A stretch of DNA of 60,089 nt from a virus (Duplodnaviria > Caudoviricetes): positions 1-60,089 of IMG/VR virus record IMGVR_UViG_3300032269_001358; one strand, 5' to 3'. The position numbers were made by a program, and so were the translations under genes. The notes below the pieces were generated by a model. That model had not been told where the DNA came from. It searched no databases and saw only the letters and a list, made by a program, of their open reading frames with translations. Every line of letters starts with the position of its first letter. Position 1 is the first letter of the stretch. This document shows positions 25,643 through 35,553 of the stretch, piece by piece.

Positions 25643-26773
25643 ATGAGCGACGAAACCGAACTCGCTGACATCCCGGAGTCCCCCTCCTCGAATGAAACCG
25701 GCTCGCAGGAGTCCAGCGCGCCGGCCCCCAGTCAGCCGGCTTCGTCGCCGCAGGCATCGTCACCCGCTCCGGACGTATGGTCCTCCTTCCGGTCTCTCCC
25801 TGACTTCAAAGGGAAAGACGACCGTGAGATTGCTGGCCGCCTGTACGCGGCAATGCAACGAGAGCAATCGGCAACGAAAGCTCTCGCGCAGTATCAGAAG
25901 CTGATTCCGTACGGTCAGGAGTATCTGCGATACCGCGAGAGCGGAGAATGGGATCGCTTCCAGCAGTGGCAGCAGTCCCAGCAGCAGGGGCAGCGTCAGC
26001 CTCGCCAGGCTCCCCCGCAGCAGTCGCCCCAGCAGGGGCAGTCCGCCCAGGGCTGGTGGAATCCCCCGCAGGTCCGTGAAAGCTCGATGCGCTGGCTCGT
26101 CCGCGACGAGAACGGCCGCGAGCAGATCCATCCCGACGCGCCGATGCACGTTCGTGAGGAGCTGTACGAGTACCAGAAGTACCGCACGGACTTTGCGCAA
26201 AAGTTCCTGAGCAATCCGCAAGAAGCCCTCGGGCCAATGGTGCAGTCTCAGGCCCGGCAAATCGCGGACCAGATCGTGCAGCAGCGTCTCGAAGAGGTGA
26301 GCCAGGTCGGCTACGTCAACGGCCTCGAAAAGGACAACGCCGACTGGCTGTACGAGGGGGACGGCAAGACCCCGAGCCGTGAGGGCCTGATGATTCAGCG
26401 ATACATCTCCGACGCGGAGAGGCGCGGGATTACTTCGCCCAACGATCGCTGGGACTACGCCTGCGACATGCTGGAGCGCGACCTTCTCGCTGAGCTGCGA
26501 GACAACGACGCGCAGCTGGCAAGCCGACGTCAGTTCGCCTCCTCGATTCCGCAAGCTCCGGTGGACGAAGAGGTCGAGCTTGACGACAGCGGCATGGAAG
26601 ATGCACAGGCCCCTGCCCAAATCCAGGCCGAGCGGGACATGAACTATCTGAGAAGGGAGGCTTCCAGGAATCCCAGCCGATCGTCCGGCGCTCCTGGTCG
26701 TCAAGCCTCCGAAGGCCCCATGACATTTGAGCAGCGCCTTCGCGCCCAACTGGCGCGCGACGGACTAGCCTGA
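25643..26773 (+). CDS. putative capsid scaffolding protein
   Basis: AGGAG RBS; acidic disordered N-terminus, Gln-rich helices; directly upstream of the major capsid gene. Confidence 0.65.
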   Translation: MSDETELADIPESPSSNETGSQESSAPAPSQPASSPQASSPAPDVWSSFRSLPDFKGKDDREIAGRLYAAMQREQSATKALAQYQKLIPYGQEYLRYRESGEWDRFQQWQQSQQQGQRQPRQAPPQQSPQQGQSAQGWWNPPQVRESSMRWLVRDENGREQIHPDAPMHVREELYEYQKYRTDFAQKFLSNPQEALGPMVQSQARQIADQIVQQRLEEVSQVGYVNGLEKDNADWLYEGDGKTPSREGLMIQRYISDAERRGITSPNDRWDYACDMLERDLLAELRDNDAQLASRRQFASSIPQAPVDEEVELDDSGMEDAQAPAQIQAERDMNYLRREASRNPSRSSGAPGRQASEGPMTFEQRLRAQLARDGLA

Positions 26774-26783
26774 AAGGTAGCAG

Positions 26784-27902
26784 ATGGCGTCGGCAACCGA
26801 CTGGGCACGTACAATTGGCACCACGCTCGTCACGCATCTCCGTGAGGAGGAGCTGACGACCTTCCGCAAGTTCAAGGTGTTCGCTCTCCTTGAGGGCAAT
26901 GGCAAGGTTGCCATGAATCAAGGAGGTCGAGGCTTCGACTGGCAGGTTCGCTATCGCAACCAGCCGGTGACGTCCAACACCGGAGAATCTCCTCGCGTGT
27001 TCGCTCGCCACAACCTGTGGCAGCGCGCGAACCTTCCGTATCGCGGCTACACCGTGACGGACCAGGTGACCAAGCGCGAGATGCTGGAGAATCGTGGCGC
27101 TCAGGCGCTCATCGATGTGGCCGGCAAGATGACGAGCCGGCTCCAGGAGTCGATGCAGGAGCAGCTCGGCGTCGAGGTGTACGTCAACGGCAACGCCACC
27201 GGCAACGAGGATCGGTTCCACGGCCTGGAGTCGATCTTCGCCATCGACGGCACGGTCAACAAGACGGACGGGTCGAAGCGGACGGCCAACGCTGCCGACA
27301 TCTTCGCCTGGCCGTCTGCGACCTACGCCGGCCTCAACACCGGCCTCGGCTATCTTGCCGGCAGCCAGCTGGAGACGGGCGCTTGGCCCTACGTCCGGAC
27401 TGACCCGGAGTATGACTACTGGTCGCCTATTGTCGTGAATTACACGAGCACCTCGCTCGGCGGTGCCACGGCAACCTGGAAGGATCAGTGCATCGAGGCG
27501 ATGCGCGAGGGCATCAACCACGCGAAGCGCAACGACACCAAGGAGAGCCAGATCGACGCGATCATGCTGAATCGCGCTCTCTACATCCAGTTCCTCAACC
27601 GTCTGGATGCTCGCGAGCGCGCGATCGTGTCGAAGACCAACGGCCTCCGCAGCTACGGCTTTGGGGATGTGGTCGAGCTCGACGGCCTGGAAGTGTCGAC
27701 GGAGTACGCGGTTCCGACCGGCGTGGGCTACGGAATCTCCATCGGAAACATGGAGATGAAGTGCATGGAAGGCCAGCTCATGGTCCCGGAGGGTCCGTAC
27801 TACAACGAAGAGCTGCAGGCGTATCGTTACGCCGTCGGTGTCCTCGCCAACATCAAGCTGAAGAGCCCGCGCAACTTCGTGAAGTTCGCGGCCGTCGCCT
27901 GA
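26784..27902 (+). CDS. major capsid protein (HK97 fold)
   Basis: 372 aa; strong codon bias; VY.NG....RFHGL and PRNF.K motifs; follows the scaffold. Confidence 0.85.
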   Translation: MASATDWARTIGTTLVTHLREEELTTFRKFKVFALLEGNGKVAMNQGGRGFDWQVRYRNQPVTSNTGESPRVFARHNLWQRANLPYRGYTVTDQVTKREMLENRGAQALIDVAGKMTSRLQESMQEQLGVEVYVNGNATGNEDRFHGLESIFAIDGTVNKTDGSKRTANAADIFAWPSATYAGLNTGLGYLAGSQLETGAWPYVRTDPEYDYWSPIVVNYTSTSLGGATATWKDQCIEAMREGINHAKRNDTKESQIDAIMLNRALYIQFLNRLDARERAIVSKTNGLRSYGFGDVVELDGLEVSTEYAVPTGVGYGISIGNMEMKCMEGQLMVPEGPYYNEELQAYRYAVGVLANIKLKSPRNFVKFAAVA

Positions 27903-27935
27903 ACCTCCTGAGAACGATTTCCCGGAAAGGTCCCC

Positions 27936-28499
27936 ATGAGTACTCTGACTTCTGATCCGAAGTTCGCGCGAGGCCAGGTCCTCGGCATTCTGTGGAAGGC
28001 ATACGACGCCGACAACGGCGATGGCACTAAGGTCATCGGCCAGCGAGTGACGTTTCTCGACGAGAGTCCGATCACGAAGCTGAAGCTGAGCAACCGCACG
28101 GTGGACTGCATCGCCGTGAAGAACGTGTCTGGGGGCACGCTCGCCCCTGGGGCGATCGTGAAGTTCCGGGCCAACAACGGGACCACTGACGCAGGTGACG
28201 CCGGCCTTTCGCAGGTCGACGGCGTGGCTGCCAGCACCGACACCCTCTACGGTGTCGTCGATGAGTACCTCACGGCCAGCGTGCCGGATCAGGAGGTGTT
28301 CTGGCTCGTCGTGTCTGGGCCCAGCGTGGTGAAGAAGGTAACCGGCGCAATCTCCGCCAACGCCGCTCTGACGATCTCGTCAGCGACCGCCGGGTCGGCA
28401 GCTGCCGGCACGAGCCCGCTTCTCGGGTACGCCATCAAGGCGGCGGTCTCTGGTGACACCACGGTTCGCGTCCAGGTGTCCTCGCCAGTTCGCGGTTGA
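27936..28499 (+). CDS. putative capsid decoration/cement protein
   Basis: Follows the capsid gene; Ala/Gly/Val-rich; GVVDEYL....FWLVVSGP; terminator after. Confidence 0.55.
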   Translation: MSTLTSDPKFARGQVLGILWKAYDADNGDGTKVIGQRVTFLDESPITKLKLSNRTVDCIAVKNVSGGTLAPGAIVKFRANNGTTDAGDAGLSQVDGVAASTDTLYGVVDEYLTASVPDQEVFWLVVSGPSVVKKVTGAISANAALTISSATAGSAAAGTSPLLGYAIKAAVSGDTTVRVQVSSPVRG

Positions 28500-28522
28500 C
28501 GCAGGGAAAAGTGCGATTCGAG

Positions 28523-28561
28523 CCGGGCGCAAGGGCTGATTCCCTTGCGCCCGGTTTTTTT
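28523..28561 (+). terminator. intrinsic terminator
   Basis: 13-bp stem ccgggcgcaaggg/cccttgcgcccgg + T7. Confidence 0.9.
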
Positions 28562-28572
28562 ATGCCTATACT
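28545..28572 (+). promoter_or_regulatory. candidate sigma70-type promoter overlapping the terminator
   Basis: TTGCGC-N16-TATACT. Confidence 0.4.
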
Positions 28573-28608
28573 TGTCCCGGTTTCAGTTTCCCATCAGAGG
28601 AGATTCCC

Positions 28609-28809
28609 ATGTCATCCAATGAAGAGCAGGCCGACAACCGCATCCGTGAAGGGGTCAAGTACTTTTCGGACCAGATGAGAAAGCTCGGATTTCTCGGCGA
28701 CACGGTGTCAAATGTTGGAAGAGACCGAGAGGCTGGCCCAGACCCGGTGGTCGTCCTGAAAGACGGGATGGCCCCAATGGTCAAGACCGTCCCACAGGCC
28801 GACAGATGA
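28609..28809 (+). CDS. small hypothetical protein
   Basis: GAGGAG RBS. Confidence 0.6.
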   Translation: MSSNEEQADNRIREGVKYFSDQMRKLGFLGDTVSNVGRDREAGPDPVVVLKDGMAPMVKTVPQADR

Positions 28810-29456
28810 CGCCACCAGGCAAGCAGTGTCGAGAGTGCGGGGATTACTTCCCAGACAACGTCAATAACTTCAAGAAGAAGAAGGACGGCACTCTCGACAC
28901 TCGCTGCTTGGCCTGCCGGCAGCGCGTAAACGCCGGAAAGCGCAAGAAGAAGCGCGTGGCGTACCTCAAGGATGTTGAGGTCGGCGCAGTTGGCAACTTT
29001 CTCCAGGTCGCCCAGTCGGGTGGCCAGAACATTCCGCACTCCGCAGAGCTGCTTGAAAGGCTCATGGAGTACTTTGGCGGAACCAGCGGATTCTCAGCGC
29101 TCTTGGTCAAGCAGTTCTTCGACAGCCCCCCTGGAGGGGCTGCGAGGACAAAAATCCTTGAGACGATCGTGCGTCTTGTGACCAAGAACACCGATCAGGG
29201 CGGGGCCAAGAAGCCACTCACTCAGTGGAGTGAGGACGAGCTTGAGGCGGAGCTGGACGGCCGGCTGCGCGTTTTGGCTGCTGAGTTCCAAGGAAGGATC
29301 GTCGATGGCACGCTCGCGCAAGAAGCCTCAGGCCCCCCCGCCTCTCCCGTCAGTGAAGCGGATGAGCGGGTTCGCGATCAGCAAGATCAAGGAGATCCAG
29401 GCCGAACTGGCGGACCGCCGGATCGAGGCGCTGAAGCTCTACCGACCGACGCCTGA
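28806..29456 (+). CDS. Zn-finger protein, terminase small subunit candidate
   Basis: CRECG..CLAC, basic stretch, LTQWSEDELEAEL; directly upstream of and overlapping terL. Confidence 0.5.
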   Translation: MTPPGKQCRECGDYFPDNVNNFKKKKDGTLDTRCLACRQRVNAGKRKKKRVAYLKDVEVGAVGNFLQVAQSGGQNIPHSAELLERLMEYFGGTSGFSALLVKQFFDSPPGGAARTKILETIVRLVTKNTDQGGAKKPLTQWSEDELEAELDGRLRVLAAEFQGRIVDGTLAQEASGPPASPVSEADERVRDQQDQGDPGRTGGPPDRGAEALPTDA

Positions 29457-31005
29457 GCAGGCGAAGTACCACGAGTGCGTCGCCAGCGAAGTGCTTTTGA
29501 TCGGCGGAAATCGTTCCGGGAAGTCGCTCTGCACGTTCGTGGAGGACGCCAGGGCTGCGACTGCGCAGGATCCTTTTAACAAGTACCCTACCGAGGGCGG
29601 CATCCTCATCATAGTGGGCCAGCACTGGGGCCACATCGGAAAGGTGGTGTATCCGTACCTGTTCCGAGCGGGCGCTTTCAAGATGATTCGCGATGCGAAC
29701 ACGGGGGATTGGCGGTGCTACAACCCGGAGACTGACGGTCACCGCAAGGCAGATGCCAAGCCCGCCCCTCCCCTCATTCCGCCGCGCCTGATCAAGACCA
29801 TCTCCTGGCTGAACAAGGCTGAGCGCCAGATTCAGTCCTGCGAGCTCACCACTGGCTGGATCATCTACTTCTGCTCAAGCCAATCTGACCCCCTGCAGGG
29901 TGTTGCGGCCGACAGGGTCCACATCGACGAGGACATCGAGGGCGACGAGAACTGGGTGCCGGAGCTTCAGGCCCGACTCTCGGATCGCAAGGGGCGACTC
30001 CATTGGAGCGCCATGCCGCACTCAACAAACTTCGCTCTCTCTGGTCTGCACGACCGAGCCACCTCGGAGTCGGAGTTGGCAAAGGAGCACCCCGACATCG
30101 TCTGCTTCAAGCTCCGCTTCCTCGACAACCCTCACATCGATTCCGACGAGAAGCGAAAGCGCATCGAGGGCTGGTCGGCGCTCGGGGAGAACATTCTTCG
30201 CATGCGCAGCGAGGGGGACTTCATCTCGGAGTCCTATCTCTGCTACCCGACATTTCACATGGGCGTCCACGGGTACGACCGCAGCGATCTGCCAAAGCTG
30301 GTGGTTCCCGATGACTGGACCCGGTACATGATCGTGGATCCTGGGCACTCGGTGGCCGCCGTCCTTTTCGCTGCCGTTCCGCCCGACGAGCAGATGCTTC
30401 TGATCTACGACGAGCTCTACATCCGGCAGTGCAACGCTGTGATTTTTGGCGAGCAAGTAGCCAGGCGCGCCATCGACCAGTCGTTCCATGCTTTCCTGAT
30501 CGACATGCATGGAGGTCGCCTCCGAGACATCGGGTCTGGCCGGCTCCCCGTCGACCAATATTCCGAGCAGTTGCGCATGCGCAATGTGCGGAGTGCCACG
30601 ACAGGAAACAGCTTCCTGGCGGCGTGCGACGACATCGAAGCCCGCATGACGGCTACGCAGAGCTACATGCACATCCGCCCGGAAGGAACGCCAAAGCTGC
30701 GGATTTTGCGCGGCGCATGTCCAAACCTGGAGCGCGAGATGAAGCGCTACCGGAAGAAGACGGCCTACGTAGGCGGATCGCACGTGGTGCAGGACTCACC
30801 GAACACGAGGGGCGAGGTTCATGCCTGCCAGTGCTTGGAGTACATCTGCGCCTACAGGCCCCGCTACCACAAACCCAAGTTCGATCCTGGCCCTGACCCC
30901 TGGTACGTTGAGGTCGCGCGTCGTCGAAAGAAGCAGATGCTTGGCGATTCCGACGGCAGCTTCATCTACCTCGGCCCCACTACAGGACGAAAGAATGTCA
31001 ACTGA
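29305..31005 (+). CDS. terL: terminase large subunit
   Basis: Walker A GGNRSGKS, Walker B VHIDE, FLDNPHI, RNase H-like IVDPG; AAGGA RBS before ATG 29305. Confidence 0.92.
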   Translation: MARSRKKPQAPPPLPSVKRMSGFAISKIKEIQAELADRRIEALKLYRPTPEQAKYHECVASEVLLIGGNRSGKSLCTFVEDARAATAQDPFNKYPTEGGILIIVGQHWGHIGKVVYPYLFRAGAFKMIRDANTGDWRCYNPETDGHRKADAKPAPPLIPPRLIKTISWLNKAERQIQSCELTTGWIIYFCSSQSDPLQGVAADRVHIDEDIEGDENWVPELQARLSDRKGRLHWSAMPHSTNFALSGLHDRATSESELAKEHPDIVCFKLRFLDNPHIDSDEKRKRIEGWSALGENILRMRSEGDFISESYLCYPTFHMGVHGYDRSDLPKLVVPDDWTRYMIVDPGHSVAAVLFAAVPPDEQMLLIYDELYIRQCNAVIFGEQVARRAIDQSFHAFLIDMHGGRLRDIGSGRLPVDQYSEQLRMRNVRSATTGNSFLAACDDIEARMTATQSYMHIRPEGTPKLRILRGACPNLEREMKRYRKKTAYVGGSHVVQDSPNTRGEVHACQCLEYICAYRPRYHKPKFDPGPDPWYVEVARRRKKQMLGDSDGSFIYLGPTTGRKNVN

Positions 31006-31312
31006 AGGCACTCCAGAAGTCGGCCTCGGCACGATGGTTCTCTACTACCGGGACCCGCAGAACCTGCGTGAGCCACAGCTGGGGATCATCAGCCAGCGCC
31101 CTGGCGCGCAGACGGTCACTATTTCGGTGATGACCGGAGCCGGATTCATCGAGAAGCCGAGCGTGCGCTACAAGGACGATCCGGGCCTGAAGGAAAACCC
31201 TGCTTGGCAGCAGTGGGGATGCTGGGATCTGACGGACACCGAGAAAATGCTGCGGCGCGTGACCGGCCTGTCCGCCACGCTGATTGCCGCCAGCGAGCGG
31301 TCGAAGCGCTGA
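30995..31312 (+). CDS. hypothetical protein
   Basis: AGGA RBS, ATG at 30995. Confidence 0.65.
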   Translation: MSTEGTPEVGLGTMVLYYRDPQNLREPQLGIISQRPGAQTVTISVMTGAGFIEKPSVRYKDDPGLKENPAWQQWGCWDLTDTEKMLRRVTGLSATLIAASERSKR

Positions 31313-31331
31313 CTGAAGCCCTGGGGGGATC

Positions 31332-33419
31332 ATGGAAACTGCGGACCTCGACGAAAATCCGTTTGCCAATGGGCAGACGGGCGAGGATGTCTTGCGCGCG
31401 ATCACTCGCGGGTGGCTCAAGAAGATTGAGCTCGCCGTGAAGCACAAGCGTCCGTTCGCGGAGGACGCGAGCGAGGCTATGGACTTTTTCGACGGCCCGC
31501 AGAACTGGTTCTGGCGCGACAGCTACTCCAAGAGCGAGTACGGCTACAACCGATCGATCTCTCCCCCTGGCTTCCGGATGCAGGTCAATCGCGTTTTTGA
31601 GGCAGTGAAGCTCTTCGCGAGCGTGATCTATCACCGGAACCCGGTTCGCACGGTCTCGCCCAAGAAGTTTCCGTTCGTGCCGCCGGACCTTCTTGGCGTG
31701 ACGCCAGACAACATGCCGGCGGTCCAGCAGTACCAGATGGCCGCCCAGCAGACGATGCAGCAAGACGGCGTCCGGCAGCTGGTCTCCCAGCTTCTCGACA
31801 AGCTCCTGAACTTCACGCCCGAGGCTCTCAACCTCAAGACCCACAGTCGTCGCGTCGTTGACGAGGCGATCATCAAGGGGGCTGGGGTGTGGTGGACGGA
31901 GATGGTGACTGACCCTGGCACAGGCCAGAAGTTCGTCGGCAGCTTTGCCGACACCATCGACGGACTTCTCCTCGACCCGGATGCCCTTGAGATCGAGGAC
32001 ATCACCTGGTGCGCCAGGAAGTGCTGCCATCCGATCGACGTCGTGGCAGAGCAGTACGGCGTCCCTCGCGAGGACCTTCAGAAGACGCTGCGCAATGTGG
32101 TGAACGCCAGATCGGCAGAGGTCCGCGAACTGGGGCTCTACAACGATGAGAGCCGAAACCCGCAGAAGCGAATCGGGAAGACAAACGACCTCGTCACCTA
32201 CTGGCGGATCTACTCCAAGACCGGGTTCGGAGATCGCCTCAAAGACGTTTCGTCGGATTACCGTGGAACCTTCGATTCGCTCGGGCAGAACTGCTACATC
32301 GTCGTCGTCGAGGGCTTGGACTACCCACTGAACGTCAAGCCAGAGATGTTGAACGAGCCCGTGGACCCTCAGGCCGGGACTGCGCCGAACCTCTTCTCGT
32401 CTGTGCAGTGGCCTATTCCTTTCTGGGGCGAGGCGTCTGGGTGGCCGTTCACCATGCTCTCGTTTCACCGCAAGCCCGGCTACGTGTGGCCGATCAGCCA
32501 TGTCAAGCCCGCCATCCCGGAGCTTCGGTTCCTTTGCTGGGCTTTCTCGTTTCTCGCCCAGCGCGTCGCAATCAGCTGTGAGACGCTGGTTGGCGTGAGC
32601 AAGGCTGCCGACCAGGACGTCAAGGATCAGATCCTGAGCCAGTCGCAGGCTGGGTTCAAGATCGTTGAGCTGAGCGAGATGGTAGGCCGCAGCGTCAACG
32701 ACCTGATCAGCGTGTTTCAGCTTCCAGACCTGAGTCCGGAGATCTGGAAAGTCATCCAGGCCGTCACCGAGATGCTTGAGAAGCGTCTTGGTCTGACCGA
32801 GCTGGTGTACGGCCTGACCAACAAGCAAATGCGATCGGCCACGGAGGCGTCAGTCCGGTCTGAACAGATCTCGATTCGACCCGACGACATGGCTGAGTGC
32901 GTCGAGAATGCGATGACGGAGATCGCCCGCAAGGAAGCGATGGCTTCCAGGTGGCTCCTAGAGCCAGACGATGTCGCTCCGATCCTTGGCCCTGTGGGTG
33001 CTGCCGCGTGGGCGATGCACGTGGCATCCATGGACGTCTCTGCGGTGGGAAATGAGTTCGATTACCGGATTGAGGCAGGCAGCGCTCGGAAGCCCAACAA
33101 GCAGACCAGAATCGAGCAGATGCAGTCGGCGCTCCAGAACCTGGGGCCTGTTCTGTCGAATCTGATTGGTGCTGGCGTTGTTGATCCGTTCAACGCGCTC
33201 ATCAAGGACTGGGCAGAGTCGATGGACCTCGACGCCACGCCATACCTCGTTCCGCCGCCTCCTCCGCCCCCCATGATGCCACCGCCTGGGCCGCCTGGCC
33301 CGCCTCAAAGTGGCGCTCCACAAGGGCAGGAAGGCCCGCCTCCTGGCCCAGAACAGGGGCCGCCGCCTGACGCAGGGCCGCCTCCCAACCTTCCGCAGAT
33401 TCCCCAGGAGATGCAGTAA
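31332..33419 (+). CDS. portal protein
   Basis: 695 aa after terL; DEAIIKGAGV, GLTELVYG, RSATEA, Pro-rich C-terminal tail. Confidence 0.85.
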   Translation: METADLDENPFANGQTGEDVLRAITRGWLKKIELAVKHKRPFAEDASEAMDFFDGPQNWFWRDSYSKSEYGYNRSISPPGFRMQVNRVFEAVKLFASVIYHRNPVRTVSPKKFPFVPPDLLGVTPDNMPAVQQYQMAAQQTMQQDGVRQLVSQLLDKLLNFTPEALNLKTHSRRVVDEAIIKGAGVWWTEMVTDPGTGQKFVGSFADTIDGLLLDPDALEIEDITWCARKCCHPIDVVAEQYGVPREDLQKTLRNVVNARSAEVRELGLYNDESRNPQKRIGKTNDLVTYWRIYSKTGFGDRLKDVSSDYRGTFDSLGQNCYIVVVEGLDYPLNVKPEMLNEPVDPQAGTAPNLFSSVQWPIPFWGEASGWPFTMLSFHRKPGYVWPISHVKPAIPELRFLCWAFSFLAQRVAISCETLVGVSKAADQDVKDQILSQSQAGFKIVELSEMVGRSVNDLISVFQLPDLSPEIWKVIQAVTEMLEKRLGLTELVYGLTNKQMRSATEASVRSEQISIRPDDMAECVENAMTEIARKEAMASRWLLEPDDVAPILGPVGAAAWAMHVASMDVSAVGNEFDYRIEAGSARKPNKQTRIEQMQSALQNLGPVLSNLIGAGVVDPFNALIKDWAESMDLDATPYLVPPPPPPPMMPPPGPPGPPQSGAPQGQEGPPPGPEQGPPPDAGPPPNLPQIPQEMQ

Positions 33420-33964
33420 TGGTGCCATCCGAGGTTCGGGATCGTGGCCCGGAAGCCGTAGCCCACTACCGCAAGATGATTGCCGACGGGCAGACCGAGC
33501 GCTGGGCGACAATGTGCGCGCTTCAGTGCCCTCCAGGAACAGCAGGGTCCGATCGCGCTTTTATGCAGCGCCGCTGCAACGGCGAGTACCTAGGCGAGAT
33601 GCACGCCCCAATGGCGTCTCGCTTGGTGCGTGAAGCACGGGCCGTGGGCATAAACCCATCGGGCAAGTTCTACATGGGCGGCCTGGCTGACAAGCGCGGG
33701 CACATGGACCCGATGGCTTGGGTGGGCAGCGTGGATGACGTTCGCCGCGTTGCGCAAGCGCGCGATCTTGAAGTCCATGGGATTGTCGACTACGTCCCGC
33801 CGGAGAAGGAACCGCCGAAGCGGGTCGACATCGACCCTGGCCTGTTGAAGGAAAACGTCGATCACGAGATGCGGAAAGACCCGTCCGCCAAGCGCGAGGA
33901 CGTTGTCGAGAGGGTCAAGGAAAAGATCGTCCCGCACTGGAAGAAGAAAAAGGGGTATCGCTGA
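33419..33964 (+). CDS. hypothetical protein
   Basis: TAATG coupling, AGGAG RBS. Confidence 0.7.
   Translation: MVPSEVRDRGPEAVAHYRKMIADGQTERWATMCALQCPPGTAGSDRAFMQRRCNGEYLGEMHAPMASRLVREARAVGINPSGKFYMGGLADKRGHMDPMAWVGSVDDVRRVAQARDLEVHGIVDYVPPEKEPPKRVDIDPGLLKENVDHEMRKDPSAKREDVVERVKEKIVPHWKKKKGYR
33646..33656 (+). promoter_or_regulatory. candidate late promoter GGGCATAAACC (intragenic)
   Basis: About 310 bp upstream of the tail module. Confidence 0.3.
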
Positions 33965-34296
33965 TGCCATTCAAGATCGAACACAAGTCCTCTGTCACTC
34001 CGTCGCTTACAGCCACCAGCAGCGTGACAACGTCTGCCCGCATCCCATGGGGCGCAAACGCCGGAGGGATGATGTTTGTTTCCGCTGTCGCAGGCGGCGC
34101 GACAACCATCACCTGGTACGCAGCCCAAGACGCCGAGTCGACCCCTGTTCCCGTCGTGGACGCTGGGGCGAATGTCACGACAGCCGTGACGGCCAGCAAG
34201 GCGTATTACGTCCCCGACTCGCTCTTTTCTGCTCCGTTCGTCATGGCGGTCACCAACGCCGGAACCGTCTCGTTTGCCATGGCAGTCAAGGGGTGA
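33964..34296 (+). CDS. small beta-rich virion protein
   Basis: TGATG coupling; Ala/Thr/Val-rich. Confidence 0.65.
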   Translation: MPFKIEHKSSVTPSLTATSSVTTSARIPWGANAGGMMFVSAVAGGATTITWYAAQDAESTPVPVVDAGANVTTAVTASKAYYVPDSLFSAPFVMAVTNAGTVSFAMAVKG

Positions 34297-34299
34297 TCG

Positions 34300-35190
34300 T
34301 TGTACTACGCAGCCCAGGACATCCTCGAATACCTCATGGCGTCTGTGGGCGGCGGTGCCCAGGAGGCGGAGCATCGCGCCCTGCGGATCGCTACCCACAA
34401 CGCCTTGCGGGACGTCGGCAACGCCAGGGACTGGCGCTGGTACGAGACGGAGGCCCCTCTTCCTGCGCCGACGGACTCGACGAACAAGGTCTATATCCTT
34501 CCGGCCAACGTGAAGAACGTAGATTCCGTGGTCCCGCCAGACAGAACCACCATCACGGAGTTCGTGAATCCTCGCGAGTGGCGGCGGCTGGAAATCTACA
34601 CGCTACCGACACCGAGCCCGCTGTACTGGACGGTCATGCGCAGCCCGACAAAGCCAGATCGATGGCAGATGATGTTTGCCGGCAACCCCTCGGGTATTGA
34701 CCCCTCTCTGACCTACTACTTCACGTACCGACGCCAGCCAACCCCGCTTCGCTACATGGGATACGAGGAGGTGTGTCGCGATGGATCGCTGACCGCCACC
34801 ACGGCCCCTGGAGCCGTGAAGCGATATGGGACTGCGGCAAACTTCCCTGAGGGCATGGCGGGGACTCGTCCTTTCACGGCTCAGGAGATCCTTGGCGTTG
34901 CCGGCAGTCTTCAGGGCACTCCGCCGAGTGGAGCGAAGACCGTTGTCAGCGACTACCTCGACATGTCTGACCACATGTACACGGCCGTCCTGTCTGGCGC
35001 GGACATGTGGCTCGCCCGCCTCCTTGGCAAGAACATCGACGGTGCAACGGCGGTGTTTCAGCGCGACATGCGGTTGGCCATGGAGGCAGACCAGATCACG
35101 CCCATCTCCGGTCAGCGCAGCTTTGGGGCGCTCTACTCGCCTCGCGCGATGGGCTACTACTCTCCCACGCAGGCAAACACTGGGGTCTGA
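34300..35190 (+). CDS. putative head-tail adaptor (tail tubular A-like)
   Basis: TTG start; RDWRWY and YILP..V motifs; position after the portal. Confidence 0.55.
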   Translation: MYYAAQDILEYLMASVGGGAQEAEHRALRIATHNALRDVGNARDWRWYETEAPLPAPTDSTNKVYILPANVKNVDSVVPPDRTTITEFVNPREWRRLEIYTLPTPSPLYWTVMRSPTKPDRWQMMFAGNPSGIDPSLTYYFTYRRQPTPLRYMGYEEVCRDGSLTATTAPGAVKRYGTAANFPEGMAGTRPFTAQEILGVAGSLQGTPPSGAKTVVSDYLDMSDHMYTAVLSGADMWLARLLGKNIDGATAVFQRDMRLAMEADQITPISGQRSFGALYSPRAMGYYSPTQANTGV

Positions 35191-35192
35191 CC

Positions 35193-35552
35193 ATGCAGCC
35201 AACCCAGTGGTCTGGGGTCATCAGCAACGTCTCTCCCCACGCCATTCCGAACGGCGCGGCGGTCGACCAAATGAACCTCGGAACCGAGGTTGCGGGCCAG
35301 CTGACGTCGAGGGGCGGCATGAGGATCGTCCAGACGGTCCCTGATGGCGGGGCGCTGGACGTCCACGGCTACATGTCGGGCGGATACTACTACGCCATCT
35401 ACCTCACGAACCAAGGCGGAATTGTGACGGTCAAGGGGCCTTCGTACGGCGACGCCACGGGCTCGCCCTCTGAGCCGTCGCTCGTGGTCACCGGCAAGCA
35501 GTCGGCAACCTCTTACACGCAGAAGTGCATTTCGGCGCTGGAGGACATCTGA
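35193..35552 (+). CDS. tail protein resembling a nozzle N-terminal segment
   Basis: WSGVISNVSPHAIPNGAAVDQMNL...GQLTSRGG. Confidence 0.5.
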   Translation: MQPTQWSGVISNVSPHAIPNGAAVDQMNLGTEVAGQLTSRGGMRIVQTVPDGGALDVHGYMSGGYYYAIYLTNQGGIVTVKGPSYGDATGSPSEPSLVVTGKQSATSYTQKCISALEDI

Positions 35553-35553
35553 G

